The notes: generated by a model not told the origin, from the letters alone. Shown: positions 33,831 through 44,574, counted from the stretch's first letter. The stretch is DNA of 63,784 nucleotides from Candidatus Omnitrophota bacterium (GCA_903852325.1 CAINQO010000045.1:1-63784), one strand, 5' to 3'. A program made the numbers and translations.

Positions 33831-34772
33831 ATGCTTAAAGCATTATTTCAAATTTTAATCTTTCCGGGAGTGTTGTTTCTCTTTGTCTTCGGCCTTTGCG
33901 GCGAATTTATCGACCGGAAGCTTTGCGCCCGGTTTCAAAACCGGATCGGGCCTCCCTGGTTCCAGCCGCTGGCGGATTTTATTAAGCTGGTCAGTAAAGA
34001 AGAGATTATCCCGGAAGAAGCGGATATCAAAGTGTTTAAGTTGATGCCTGTCTTGGCCCTTACCGCTTCATCGGTCTCTATACTTTATATCCCTACTCTG
34101 GCGGAGAGATCGGCTTTTTCCTTTAACGGGGATGTGATCGTGGTTTTATACCTTTTGACCCTGCCGACATTTACTTACTTTCTCGGGGGCTGGTATTCCC
34201 GGGGGGTTTATTCGATGATCGGAGCGGTGAGAAGCTTGACGCAGCTATTTGCTTATGAGGTGCCGCTCTTTTTAGTTATTTTAGCTTCGGCGTTGTTAGC
34301 CGATACCTGGTCGTTAAGCGGTATGGTCGCTTTTTACAGCCGCCACCTGGGTTACTGGTTTTGCAATATTATCGGGTTTGGCGTGGCCCTGATCTGTTTC
34401 CTGGGCAAGCTGGAGAAGGTCCCTTTCGATATCCCGGAAGCGGAAACCGAGATCGTCGCCGGAAGTTTTACCGAATATAACGGAAGGCTCCTGGCGCTTA
34501 TCCGCACCTCTTTTAATATCGAAATGATCGTCGGGGCGTCTTTGCTGGCGGCGGTGTTTCTGCCGTTCGGCCTTAACCTGTGGCCGGCGCTGATCTTTCC
34601 TTTCTACCTGCTCCAGGTATTGTTTATTATCGTGATCATTACTTTCCTGCGCCTGTTGTTCGCGCGGCTGCGCCTGGACCAGATGATCAGTTTTTGCTGG
34701 CGATTCCTGGCTCCTTTGGCGTTCCTGCAGGTCATTCTTAACCTGATTTTTAAGGCGGTGCTCCCAAGATGA
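33831..34772 (+). CDS. NuoH-like membrane subunit (HyfC/MbhM/EchB-like)
   Basis: 313 aa; RIGPPWFQPLADFIKL motif typical of NuoH family. Confidence 0.88.
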   Translation: MLKALFQILIFPGVLFLFVFGLCGEFIDRKLCARFQNRIGPPWFQPLADFIKLVSKEEIIPEEADIKVFKLMPVLALTASSVSILYIPTLAERSAFSFNGDVIVVLYLLTLPTFTYFLGGWYSRGVYSMIGAVRSLTQLFAYEVPLFLVILASALLADTWSLSGMVAFYSRHLGYWFCNIIGFGVALICFLGKLEKVPFDIPEAETEIVAGSFTEYNGRLLALIRTSFNIEMIVGASLLAAVFLPFGLNLWPALIFPFYLLQVLFIIVIITFLRLLFARLRLDQMISFCWRFLAPLAFLQVILNLIFKAVLPR

Positions 34773-35146
34773 AAAGGCCCGGTAAGATCGCAAAGCTGCT
34801 GATAAAGACATTTTTTAAAAAACCGATCACCGGGAATTATCCGGCGGACGGCTCGGGAATGCCGGAGGGTTTCCGGGGAAAGTTAAAATTCAATCCTTCC
34901 GCCTGCATCGGCTGTAAAATGTGCATGCGCGACTGCCCTTCGGGGGCAATCGAGATCAGAAAGACCGGGGAGAAACAATTTGAGGCGGAAGTTAATTTAG
35001 CCAGATGTATCTATTGCGGCCAATGCGTAGATTCCTGCCTGAAAAAAGCCCTGGAAATCACCGCCGACTTTGAACTTGCCAAGCTGGATCCCGCCCAGCT
35101 TAAGGTTATCCTGAATGCCGCAAATAAAGAACAGCCTAAAGCATAA
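34769..35146 (+). CDS. 2x[4Fe-4S] ferredoxin subunit (NuoI-like)
   Basis: CIGCKMCMRDCP and CIYCGQCVDSC cluster motifs. Confidence 0.88.
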   Translation: MKRPGKIAKLLIKTFFKKPITGNYPADGSGMPEGFRGKLKFNPSACIGCKMCMRDCPSGAIEIRKTGEKQFEAEVNLARCIYCGQCVDSCLKKALEITADFELAKLDPAQLKVILNAANKEQPKA

Positions 35147-35618
35147 TCTTAGAACAGCCAAAAAGATCGCCATCCTGGGCGTCGGTTCGCCGCTGCGCGC
35201 CGATGACGCCGCCGGCCTGATCATTTGCGGAAAACTTAAAAAAATTTTCAAGGAAAACAAAAAAAAAGGGCGGGTCAGGGTTTTTCTGGGAGAGACCGCT
35301 CCGGAGAATCTCACCGGCCAGATAAAAAAATTCAAGCCTACACATCTTCTGGTGATCGACGCAGTTGACCTGGGCCTGGCTACCGGAACGGTGAAGATGG
35401 TCAATCTGTGCGCCGAGGACCGGGTTTCTTTTTCCACCCACCGGGTCCCGGTCGGGATACTCCGGGATTACCTGCACCAGTCTATCGGCTGCGAAACTTT
35501 TCTGCTGGGGATCCAGCCCGGGTCTACGGAATTTTGCGGGAAGGTGTCGGCGCAGATCCATAAATCTTCCGCAGCCGCCTGTAAAGAAATAGCCCAAGCG
35601 CTTAAGGATTTTATTTAA
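35115..35618 (+). CDS. hydrogenase maturation endopeptidase (HycI/HyaD family)
   Basis: IAILGVGSPLRADDAAG N-terminal motif; LLVIDAVD; STHRVP. Confidence 0.8.
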   Translation: MPQIKNSLKHNLRTAKKIAILGVGSPLRADDAAGLIICGKLKKIFKENKKKGRVRVFLGETAPENLTGQIKKFKPTHLLVIDAVDLGLATGTVKMVNLCAEDRVSFSTHRVPVGILRDYLHQSIGCETFLLGIQPGSTEFCGKVSAQIHKSSAAACKEIAQALKDFI

Positions 35619-35716
35619 TCCCCGGTTGGAAATCCTTGGGTTTTACCCGGAGGATTTCCTGAGGGGGAGGAAGCCCGGACTTTAGTCCAGGGGCTTCGCA
35701 GACAAAGGAAACAGTT

Positions 35717-37012
35717 ATGTGTTATACCATACCGGCTTTGGTGGAGGAGGTGCGTAAGGGGGTCGCCACGATCTCATATTTCGGCGAGCGCAAGCAGGCC
35801 TACTGCGAATTCGTCAAGCTTTCTCCCGGGGATTACATCTACGCGCAGGGCGGTTACGTGGTCGAAAAAATCTCACCCGCGCAGGCGCAAAAAACCCTGA
35901 AAGCCTGGAAAGATGTTTTTTTCCAGCTAAGGAAACTGGATGCCGAGTCGGCGGCGTTAAAAGCTAATGACAACAGCTCCGACCTTAAATTGCAGCGGAT
36001 CCTGGAGAAAGCGCGGAATAGCGGCAAGCTTTCTAAAGCGGAAGCGCTGTTCCTTTTGAGGCTTAAAGACCCGCAGGCGCAATTCTTGCTGCGGCGTACC
36101 GCTAATTACCTGCGGCAAAAGTTCCACAATAATTCCTGCTGCGTGCACGGGATCCTGGAAATATCCAATATTTGCGTCAGGCAATGCGCTTATTGCGGGA
36201 TCTCCGCCCCCAGCGGCCCGGTGCGGTACCGGATGAGTGTCGGGGAAATAATCGCGGCGGCCGGGGAGGCAGTGAATAAATTCGGTTTTAAATCCCTGGT
36301 TCTGCAATCGGGGGAAGGGTGCGGTTATACGGTCGAAGAGCTGGCAGAGATCGTCAAAAAGATAAGGCAGCGGTTTCCCGTGCTTATTTTTATCAGTTTC
36401 GGGGAGGTCGGCATCCCGGGATTGCGTAAGCTGTATGCCGCAGGCGCCCGCGGGCTTTTGCTGCGCTTTGAAACTTCTAATCCGGCGCTTTATAAAAAGA
36501 TTCATCCCGGAGATACTCTGGATTCCCGGATCAAGCATTTACAAGCCGCTTACCGGATGGGATACTTGATCATCACCGGCGGACTGATCGGGCTTCCCGG
36601 ATCCACGGAAGCAGATTCAGTGAATGATATCAATCTGGCGGCCTCCCTGCACGCGGAAATGCTGAGTTTCGGCCCGTTTTTACCGCATCCGTTCACCCCT
36701 CTGGCTAAGCACCCGGCGCCTTCCGAAGAAGCAGTGCTGGGGGTTTTGGCTCTGGCCAGGATAATCTTTCCGGCCAAAACAAAAATCCTGATCACTACCG
36801 CTTATGAAACGCTTTCTCCGCAAGCCAGGCAGAATGGTTTGATTTCCGGGGGCAATTCGATCATGATCAATGTCACCCCTTTAAAATACCGTTCCCTCTA
36901 TACGATTTACCCTCACCGTGCCCACGCCGATCAAACCGTCGCCCAGCAGGTCCGGGAAGCGCTGGCCATGCTTAAATCCTTCGGGCGCGGACCGACGGAT
37001 TTGGGAAATTAA
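35717..37012 (+). CDS. HypC-like domain fused to a HydE/BioB-like radical SAM enzyme
   Basis: Residues 1-70 start MCYTIPALVEEV...GDYIYAQGGYVVEKI (HypC MCxxIP signature). The rest is colinear with the HydE at 50792 (CVRQCAYCG, YRM, VLQSGEG, FETSNPALYKKIHPG, LIGLPGS, GPFLPHP, NVTPLKYRSLYTIYP). Confidence 0.8.
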   Translation: MCYTIPALVEEVRKGVATISYFGERKQAYCEFVKLSPGDYIYAQGGYVVEKISPAQAQKTLKAWKDVFFQLRKLDAESAALKANDNSSDLKLQRILEKARNSGKLSKAEALFLLRLKDPQAQFLLRRTANYLRQKFHNNSCCVHGILEISNICVRQCAYCGISAPSGPVRYRMSVGEIIAAAGEAVNKFGFKSLVLQSGEGCGYTVEELAEIVKKIRQRFPVLIFISFGEVGIPGLRKLYAAGARGLLLRFETSNPALYKKIHPGDTLDSRIKHLQAAYRMGYLIITGGLIGLPGSTEADSVNDINLAASLHAEMLSFGPFLPHPFTPLAKHPAPSEEAVLGVLALARIIFPAKTKILITTAYETLSPQARQNGLISGGNSIMINVTPLKYRSLYTIYPHRAHADQTVAQQVREALAMLKSFGRGPTDLGN

Positions 37013-37036
37013 AACCGCAAGGATTACAAAGAGTAT

Positions 37037-37064
37037 TTGACAAGTAAACAATTTATGATAGCAT
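37037..37064 (+). promoter_or_regulatory. candidate promoter of the atp operon
   Basis: TTGACA (37037-37042), 16-nt spacer, TGa-TAGCAT (37059-37064). Confidence 0.45.
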
Positions 37065-37137
37065 AACTTATTATCAGCCTACACAGAGGTAGCGGTATTG
37101 AATAGCACGGCGACGTCTTAAATCCAAAATTGGATAT

Positions 37138-37395
37138 ATGACGTCATTTTTTTATTGGGGACTTATGCCCAAAGAAGAGTTATTTAAAGGGATAAAAGTC
37201 GTCGGTTTTGTCACTTTCATCCCGTTCATGCTGGCTGCCGGGCCGCTTACCGGTTATTTCGTAGGCACATTTTTAGTCGGGCGTTTTCATCTGTCTTCTT
37301 ATTGCGTGATTTTAGGGGTTATTCTTGGTTTCCTGGCGGCGGTGACCGAAGTGGTCAAGATCGTCAGGGCAATAATCAGGGTGAATAAAAAATGA
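37138..37395 (+). CDS. AtpZ/AtpI-like small membrane protein
   Basis: 85 aa; two TM helices; first gene of the atp operon; alternative start at ATG 37165. Confidence 0.6.
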   Translation: MTSFFYWGLMPKEELFKGIKVVGFVTFIPFMLAAGPLTGYFVGTFLVGRFHLSSYCVILGVILGFLAAVTEVVKIVRAIIRVNKK

Positions 37396-38165
37396 GCGAA
37401 GCAGGGGTACCGGAATTACCGAATATTTTGGGGTTGCTTAGCGCCAGGTTTCCGGGCAACAGTTTTCTTAAGTTCATTTATCACTGGGAAAACGTGAGTT
37501 TTTCCCTGATTATTGTCCTGGTTTTGAGCGGATTCTTTTTCCTGGCCTGCCGGAAAAGAAGCATCGTCCCGGCAAGGATGCAGGCGCTGGCGGAGTTGAT
37601 CGTCGGCGGAATGGATAGTTTTGTCTGCGGGATCATGGGCCCCCGGGGTAGGAAATTCACTCCTTTTATCGGCACCCTGTTCATTTATATCCTGGCGATG
37701 AACCTTTCCGGGTTGATCCCGTTCATGAAAGCCTCTACTTCCAGCTGGTCGACGACCCTGGCGCTTGCTTTATGCGTATTTTGTTACGTGCAGTATACCG
37801 CGATAAAAGAATTAGGATTTTTGGGTTATCTCGACCATTTGGCAGGGAAGCAGCGCGGGGCATTGGCTTTTACGATCATTATGCCGTTATTCATGCTGGT
37901 TTTACATATCCTTACCGAATTGATCCGGCCGATCAGCCTTTCTTTGCGTTTGCGCGGCAATATGTGGGGGGATGAAACTTTGATCGCCTTGCTTGCCGGG
38001 TTCGGGATTAAGGGTTTGCCGCTTTTGCTTTTTAATATGTTGATGGGGGTTTTAACTTCGATTGTCCAGGCTTCGGTTTTTTGCCTGTTAACCACAATTT
38101 ATTTCGCTTTGGTTTTGGAAGAGCACGAAGAAGAATCTGCGGAACAAGGGGTATTACCGAAATAG
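37392..38165 (+). CDS. atpB: F-type ATP synthase subunit a
   Basis: 257 aa; conserved Arg in LSLRLRGNMWGDE. Confidence 0.92.
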   Translation: MSEAGVPELPNILGLLSARFPGNSFLKFIYHWENVSFSLIIVLVLSGFFFLACRKRSIVPARMQALAELIVGGMDSFVCGIMGPRGRKFTPFIGTLFIYILAMNLSGLIPFMKASTSSWSTTLALALCVFCYVQYTAIKELGFLGYLDHLAGKQRGALAFTIIMPLFMLVLHILTELIRPISLSLRLRGNMWGDETLIALLAGFGIKGLPLLLFNMLMGVLTSIVQASVFCLLTTIYFALVLEEHEEESAEQGVLPK

Positions 38166-38322
38166 GGGTGTATTTTTTTAAGGAAACTTTCGCCTCAGAA
38201 GCTGCGTCAAAATTCTCTGGAATTTTGACGCATTCGGCGAAATTAATTCGCAGACGGCCTGGCGGCCTACGACTTACGTCGCTGGCGCTTCCGTAAGTCG
38301 TCTGCTCATTAAGGAGGAAAAA

Positions 38323-38550
38323 ATGGATTCAAAAGCAATAATGGATATCGGTGTAGCGGTGGCTCTGGGCGCGGCGGCTTTTGCCTCGGCAATCAGTTTA
38401 GGGATCGCGGTGGCGGCGGCAATGGGAGCGATCGGCAGGCAGCCGGAGGCATCCAATAAGATCATGACGAACATGATCATCGGCTGCGCCTTCATCGAAG
38501 CGATTACTATTTATGTTTTGGTATTTGCTTTTATGTACGCCGGTAAATAA
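38323..38550 (+). CDS. atpE: F-type ATP synthase subunit c
   Basis: 75 aa hairpin; GAIGRQPEA loop; carboxylate in FIEAITIY. Confidence 0.93.
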   Translation: MDSKAIMDIGVAVALGAAAFASAISLGIAVAAAMGAIGRQPEASNKIMTNMIIGCAFIEAITIYVLVFAFMYAGK

Positions 38551-38628
38551 AATTTAACGGGTAAGGTCAAGCCAGGGAGTGGTTTTTCTAACCTTTGCGG
38601 CTGGACTAATTTTTCGGGGGCTTAAGTC

Positions 38629-39132
38629 GTGGAACTGTTAAAGATGCTCAGCGGCAGTGAAATTCTGGCGCAAATCGTGAGTTTTTTCCTGCTTTTGTTC
38701 TTGCTCCGGGTTTTTGCCTGGAAAAAGATCCTGGGGCTTTTGGATCAGCGCAAGGAAAAGATAAGCTCTGAGCTTGGGGAAATCGAGAATACCAAACAGG
38801 AGATCACCCGGCTGAAGGAGGATTACGAGTCTAAGCTCTCCACGATCAGCGCGCAGGCCCAGGCAAAGATCGACGCGGCGATCGCCGAGGGCAAAGAACT
38901 CAATGCCCAGATGCGCAAAAAAGCCCACGAGGAGGCGCAGGATATTATTACTGACGCCCGCAAACAGGTAAAATACGAGGTCTCCAAGGCCCAGGAGCAG
39001 CTTAAGGAAAAAATCGTGGATATTGCCCTGGGGGCAGCGCAAAGTCTGATCCAGGAAAAGCTCACCGGCGAGGCGGACCGCAAAATCGTCGAGGAGTTCA
39101 TTGAAGAGGTATCCAGGGATGATCAGAAATAA
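38629..39132 (+). CDS. atpF: F-type ATP synthase subunit b
   Basis: One N-terminal TM helix then a long charged helix; the start is GTG 38629 or ATG 38644. Confidence 0.85.
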   Translation: MELLKMLSGSEILAQIVSFFLLLFLLRVFAWKKILGLLDQRKEKISSELGEIENTKQEITRLKEDYESKLSTISAQAQAKIDAAIAEGKELNAQMRKKAHEEAQDIITDARKQVKYEVSKAQEQLKEKIVDIALGAAQSLIQEKLTGEADRKIVEEFIEEVSRDDQK

Positions 39133-39667
39133 AGTTTTAGTTTCCCGGTACGCTGAGGCATTCTTAAATTTTTCCCGCGCTAATTGCGGGACGGATAAAG
39201 CACTGGTCGATCTGGCCGCGGTGAAGAAGATCCTCCGCGATAACCCCGGGCTTAAAGACCTGATGGATAACCCGGAGATCTCTTATCTCGAGAAGTGCGC
39301 GATCATCGACGAAGTGGTGCGGGACGGCATCTGCGAGGATATCCGTAATTTCCTGAAACTGCTTTTGGAAAAAAAACGTTTTGATATTTTACCGGACGTT
39401 GCCGAATACCTTCGCGTAAAATACAGCCACCAGGGGCAGCTGGACGTGGTGCTGAAAACCGCTTTCCCTTTGGAGCTGGAGCTGATCGAAAGGATCCAGG
39501 AAGCTTTAAGAAAAAGGTTTAAACAGAATTTACGGTTTTACATAGATTTGGACGGGAGTTTATTGGGCGGGGTGCAGGTGGTGGTGGGGAATACGATCCT
39601 GGACGGCTCGATAAAAAAACGGCTTTTGGAATTAAGGGGCAGGCTAACCGCCCTGGAAATGGGTTGA
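39119..39667 (+). CDS. atpH: F-type ATP synthase subunit delta
   Basis: OSCP-family sequence (VSRYAEAF..., GGVQVVVGNTILDGSIKKRL). Confidence 0.88.
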   Translation: MIRNKVLVSRYAEAFLNFSRANCGTDKALVDLAAVKKILRDNPGLKDLMDNPEISYLEKCAIIDEVVRDGICEDIRNFLKLLLEKKRFDILPDVAEYLRVKYSHQGQLDVVLKTAFPLELELIERIQEALRKRFKQNLRFYIDLDGSLLGGVQVVVGNTILDGSIKKRLLELRGRLTALEMG

Positions 39668-39708
39668 TCCGCCCGATGATCTTTAAGCTTGCTTAGGAGA
39701 ATACAAAA

Positions 39709-41232
39709 ATGGTTTTAAGGCCGGAAGAAGTTACTTCAATAATCGAAAAAGAATTAGAGAAATATAAGTCCCACTTGCACACCGAGTCTATTGGTACGGT
39801 CATCCAGGTCGGCGATACCATCGCCAGGATTTACGGGCTGGATGACGTAATGATGGGTGAGTTGGTGGAATTTTCCGACAATATCATGGGAATGGTATTG
39901 AACCTGGAAGAAGATACCGCCGGGGTGGTAATTTTCGGTACCGATAATCCGGATAAAAATATCCGCGAAGGGGATATCGTCAAGCGTACCGGCAAGATCG
40001 TCCAGGTGCCGGTAGGCGCGGCGCTGGTCGGCAGAGTGGTTAACGGCTTGGGCCGGCCGATTGACGGAAAAGGCGCGATCAATACGCAGAAGTTCCGTCC
40101 GGTTGAATCCAGCGCTCCGAATGTCGTCGAGCGCCAGCCGGTGAACCAGCCTTTGCAGACCGGGATCAAAGCGGTTGACGCTATGACTCCCATCGGCCGC
40201 GGGCAGCGGGAATTGATCATCGGAGACCGCCAGACCGGAAAAACCGCCATTGCCCTGGATACGATCATTAACCAAAAAGGCAAAGACGTTTATTGTATTT
40301 ATTGCGCTATCGGGCAGAAATTATCCAGCGTGGTGGCGGTAAATGAAACCTTGAAGAAGTACGGGGCGATGGAGTATACCACTATTGTCAGCGCTTCCAG
40401 CCGGGCTTCCGCCAGCCTGCAGTATCTGGCGCCTTATTCCGCCACGGCGATGGCCGAGGAGCTGATGTATTCCGGAAAACATGTCCTGGTAATTTATGAT
40501 GATCTCTCTAAACACGCCCAGGCTTACCGCCAGCTGTCCTTATTGCTGCGCCGGCCTCCGGGAAGGGAAGCTTATCCGGGAGATATTTTTTACCTGCATT
40601 CCCGGTTATTGGAGCGCAGCGCCAAATTAAATGATACTTTGGGCGGCGGCTCAATTACCGCGATCCCGATTGTCGAAACCCAGGCCGGGGATATCTCCAG
40701 CTATATCCCCACCAATGTCATTTCGATCACTGACGGACAGATCTATCTGGAAAGTGATTTATTTTATGCCGGTATCCGGCCGGCGGTAAACGTGGGTTTA
40801 TCCGTTTCCCGTGTCGGAGGCAAGGCCCAGAGTAAAGCGATGCGCCAGGTAGCCTCAAAATTAAGATTGGATTTGGCGCAATACCGGGAATTGGTAACCT
40901 TTACACAATTCGGTACGGACTTGGATAAAAATACCCGTGCCCAGCTGACCCGCGGGGAAAGAATGGTGGAAGTCTTAAAGCAGTCCCAGTATGAACCGCA
41001 GGAGACAGCCAAGCAGATAATCATTATCTATGCCGGAACAAACGGCTATTTGGATGATTTACCGGCGGCGGCGGTTAAAAAATTTGAGCAACAACTGGAT
41101 GTCTTTATCGAGAAAAAATATCCGCAAATTCAGGCAGAGGTCGTCTCGAAAAATGATTTAGACCAAAGCTTAAAGGAAAAATTGGACGCCTTGCTCGCGG
41201 AGTTTAAAAAAGAATTTTTAGCCAATCCTTAG
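39709..41232 (+). CDS. atpA: F-type ATP synthase subunit alpha
   Basis: 507 aa; Walker A GDRQTGKT. Confidence 0.97.
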   Translation: MVLRPEEVTSIIEKELEKYKSHLHTESIGTVIQVGDTIARIYGLDDVMMGELVEFSDNIMGMVLNLEEDTAGVVIFGTDNPDKNIREGDIVKRTGKIVQVPVGAALVGRVVNGLGRPIDGKGAINTQKFRPVESSAPNVVERQPVNQPLQTGIKAVDAMTPIGRGQRELIIGDRQTGKTAIALDTIINQKGKDVYCIYCAIGQKLSSVVAVNETLKKYGAMEYTTIVSASSRASASLQYLAPYSATAMAEELMYSGKHVLVIYDDLSKHAQAYRQLSLLLRRPPGREAYPGDIFYLHSRLLERSAKLNDTLGGGSITAIPIVETQAGDISSYIPTNVISITDGQIYLESDLFYAGIRPAVNVGLSVSRVGGKAQSKAMRQVASKLRLDLAQYRELVTFTQFGTDLDKNTRAQLTRGERMVEVLKQSQYEPQETAKQIIIIYAGTNGYLDDLPAAAVKKFEQQLDVFIEKKYPQIQAEVVSKNDLDQSLKEKLDALLAEFKKEFLANP

Positions 41233-41247
41233 ACAGCCGGGGTTTAA

Positions 41248-42105
41248 ATGTCGCAATCGATCAAACAGATAAAAAACCGCATCCGCAGCGTAGAAAACAC
41301 CAAAAAAGTGACCGGGGCGATGCAGATGATTTCGGTAGTTAAGCTCAACCGGATCCAGGCGCGCCTCCTGGCGCTGCGGCCATACGCGGCGAGATTAGAG
41401 AATTTGATGCATGATTTGGCTAATGCTTCGGGAAGGGCTCCCTCCGGATATTTCAATCAAAGGGAGGATGTGCCCGGAAGTATCCTGGTGCTTTTTGCCG
41501 CCGATAACGGATTATGCGGGCTGTATAACCAGAATGTAATGAGCTTGGCCCAGGAGTTTTTGGAGAAAAATAAAGCCAAAAAAATCAAATTGATCTTAAT
41601 CGGGCAAAAAGGAGCAAGTTATTTTAAGAATAGGCCCGTGGAAATACTGAATACCTACACCGGATTGAACGGAAAATTCGATCCGGATTTTTGCGATAAA
41701 ACCACGCAGCAGTTAAGTGATTTATTTTTAAGCGGCCAGGCCGGATCGGTTCATCTGGCTTATACCTATTTTAAAAATTCGTTGATCCAGAAACCGGTGC
41801 TGGAGCAGTTTTTGAGCATTCCACCCCGGCCGGGCAAGGCGATCGAGTATATCGCGGAGCCGGATCTGGCAAGCATCCTGGCAGACCTGATTCCGCAGTA
41901 TCTTAAGGTTAAACTGCAGCTTGTTTTGCTGGAATCCTTGACCAGCGAGCACGCGGCCAGGACTGTTTCAATGAAGACGGCTACGGATAATGCCAAAGAA
42001 CTTTTGGACGGGCTGGTGCTTTTCAGGAATAAAGTCCGCCAGGCAGGGATTACCCAGGACATTTTAGAGATTACTTCTTCAGCAGAAGCTTTAAGAAGCG
42101 GATAA
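41248..42105 (+). CDS. atpG: F-type ATP synthase subunit gamma
   Basis: 285 aa; N-terminal IKNRIRSVENTKKVTGAMQMIS and C-terminal ITQDILEI motifs. Confidence 0.95.
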   Translation: MSQSIKQIKNRIRSVENTKKVTGAMQMISVVKLNRIQARLLALRPYAARLENLMHDLANASGRAPSGYFNQREDVPGSILVLFAADNGLCGLYNQNVMSLAQEFLEKNKAKKIKLILIGQKGASYFKNRPVEILNTYTGLNGKFDPDFCDKTTQQLSDLFLSGQAGSVHLAYTYFKNSLIQKPVLEQFLSIPPRPGKAIEYIAEPDLASILADLIPQYLKVKLQLVLLESLTSEHAARTVSMKTATDNAKELLDGLVLFRNKVRQAGITQDILEITSSAEALRSG

Positions 42106-42123
42106 TAAATTAGCATTAAATAA

Positions 42124-43599
<1,476 letters not shown>

Positions 43600-43600
43600 T

Positions 43601-43855
43601 ATGTTCACTAAATCTTTTCAGGTAGGCATTTATTCCCGGGACAAGGTAGTATATGAAGGAAAGGTTGTCTCTTTGACCGTGCCCTCGGTATGGGGTTATT
43701 TGGGGGTTTTGGCCGACCACGCCCCGATCGTGGCTAAGCTGGTGAACGGTAAGATTACCGTACGCACCCCAGAAGGCGGCACCACCGCAATCGACTTATC
43801 CTCCGGAGGATTCCTGGAAGTTTTGCAGAATCAGGCGACCATTCTTTTAGCGTAA
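43601..43855 (+). CDS. atpC: F-type ATP synthase subunit epsilon, short form (beta-sandwich only)
   Basis: 84 aa; the N-terminal domain is present and there is no C-terminal helical hairpin. Confidence 0.85.
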   Translation: MFTKSFQVGIYSRDKVVYEGKVVSLTVPSVWGYLGVLADHAPIVAKLVNGKITVRTPEGGTTAIDLSSGGFLEVLQNQATILLA

Positions 43856-43872
43856 TAATTAAAAATATACTC

Positions 43873-43901
43873 TTGACAAGCAGTGAGGTTTTTGGTATAT
43901 T
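43873..43901 (+). promoter_or_regulatory. sigma70-type promoter of rex and the hyd operon
   Basis: TTGACA (43873-43878), 17-nt spacer, TATATT (43896-43901). Confidence 0.65.
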
Positions 43902-43911
43902 TGTGTTGTTA

Positions 43912-43929
43912 TTGTGAAAAATAGAACAA
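43912..43929 (+). promoter_or_regulatory. candidate Rex operator
   Basis: TTGTGAA-AAAT-AGAACAA versus the consensus TTGTGAA-N4-TTCACAA. The left half is perfect and the right half matches 4 of 7. It lies between the -10 box and the rex ATG. Confidence 0.5.
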
Positions 43930-43930
43930 T

Positions 43931-44557
43931 ATGATTACCAATAAGAATTGCATTATCCGGCTTTCCCGGTATAAAAACGCTCTTTATAGGCTGCAGGACC
44001 TGGGTTTTGTGAAAGTTTTCTCAGATAACCTGGCGGATGCCGTGGGGGGGACCGCCTCCCAGGTGAGAAAAGATTTTTCGATTTTCGGTATCAGCGGGAA
44101 TAAAAAAGGCGGCTACCAGATCGATTCGCTGCTGGAGAAATTAAACAGTATCCTGGGCAAAGACCAGCTGCAGAAAGTGATCGTGATCGGAGCAGGGCAT
44201 ATCGGCAGCGCCCTGATGCGTTACCGCGGGTTTGAAAAAGAAGGGATAAAGATAGTCGCCGGATTCGATATCGACCCGGCCAAGATCAACCGTTCTAACC
44301 CTGTTCCGGTTTATCCGTTAGAGGAAGCCAGGGCTTTTATAAAGACCAACCAGATCCGCATCGCGATCCTGGCGGTTCCGGATATCGCCGCCCAGCAGGC
44401 CGTGGATCTGATTTGCGCGGCGGGGATCAAAGGGGTGTTGAATTTTGCCCCCCTGGGGCTTAAAACCCCCGAGGGAAGTATTGTCAATAACGTAAATTTA
44501 GAGATCGAACTGGAAAACCTGATTTATTTCGTCAATGTGGCGGAGAAGACCCGCTAA
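43931..44557 (+). CDS. rex: redox-sensing transcriptional repressor Rex
   Basis: 208 aa; N-terminal winged helix (RLSRYKNALYRL) plus Rossmann fold (VIVIGAGHIGSAL). Confidence 0.92.
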   Translation: MITNKNCIIRLSRYKNALYRLQDLGFVKVFSDNLADAVGGTASQVRKDFSIFGISGNKKGGYQIDSLLEKLNSILGKDQLQKVIVIGAGHIGSALMRYRGFEKEGIKIVAGFDIDPAKINRSNPVPVYPLEEARAFIKTNQIRIAILAVPDIAAQQAVDLICAAGIKGVLNFAPLGLKTPEGSIVNNVNLEIELENLIYFVNVAEKTR

Positions 44558-44574
44558 AGCTAAGGAAAAATAAA

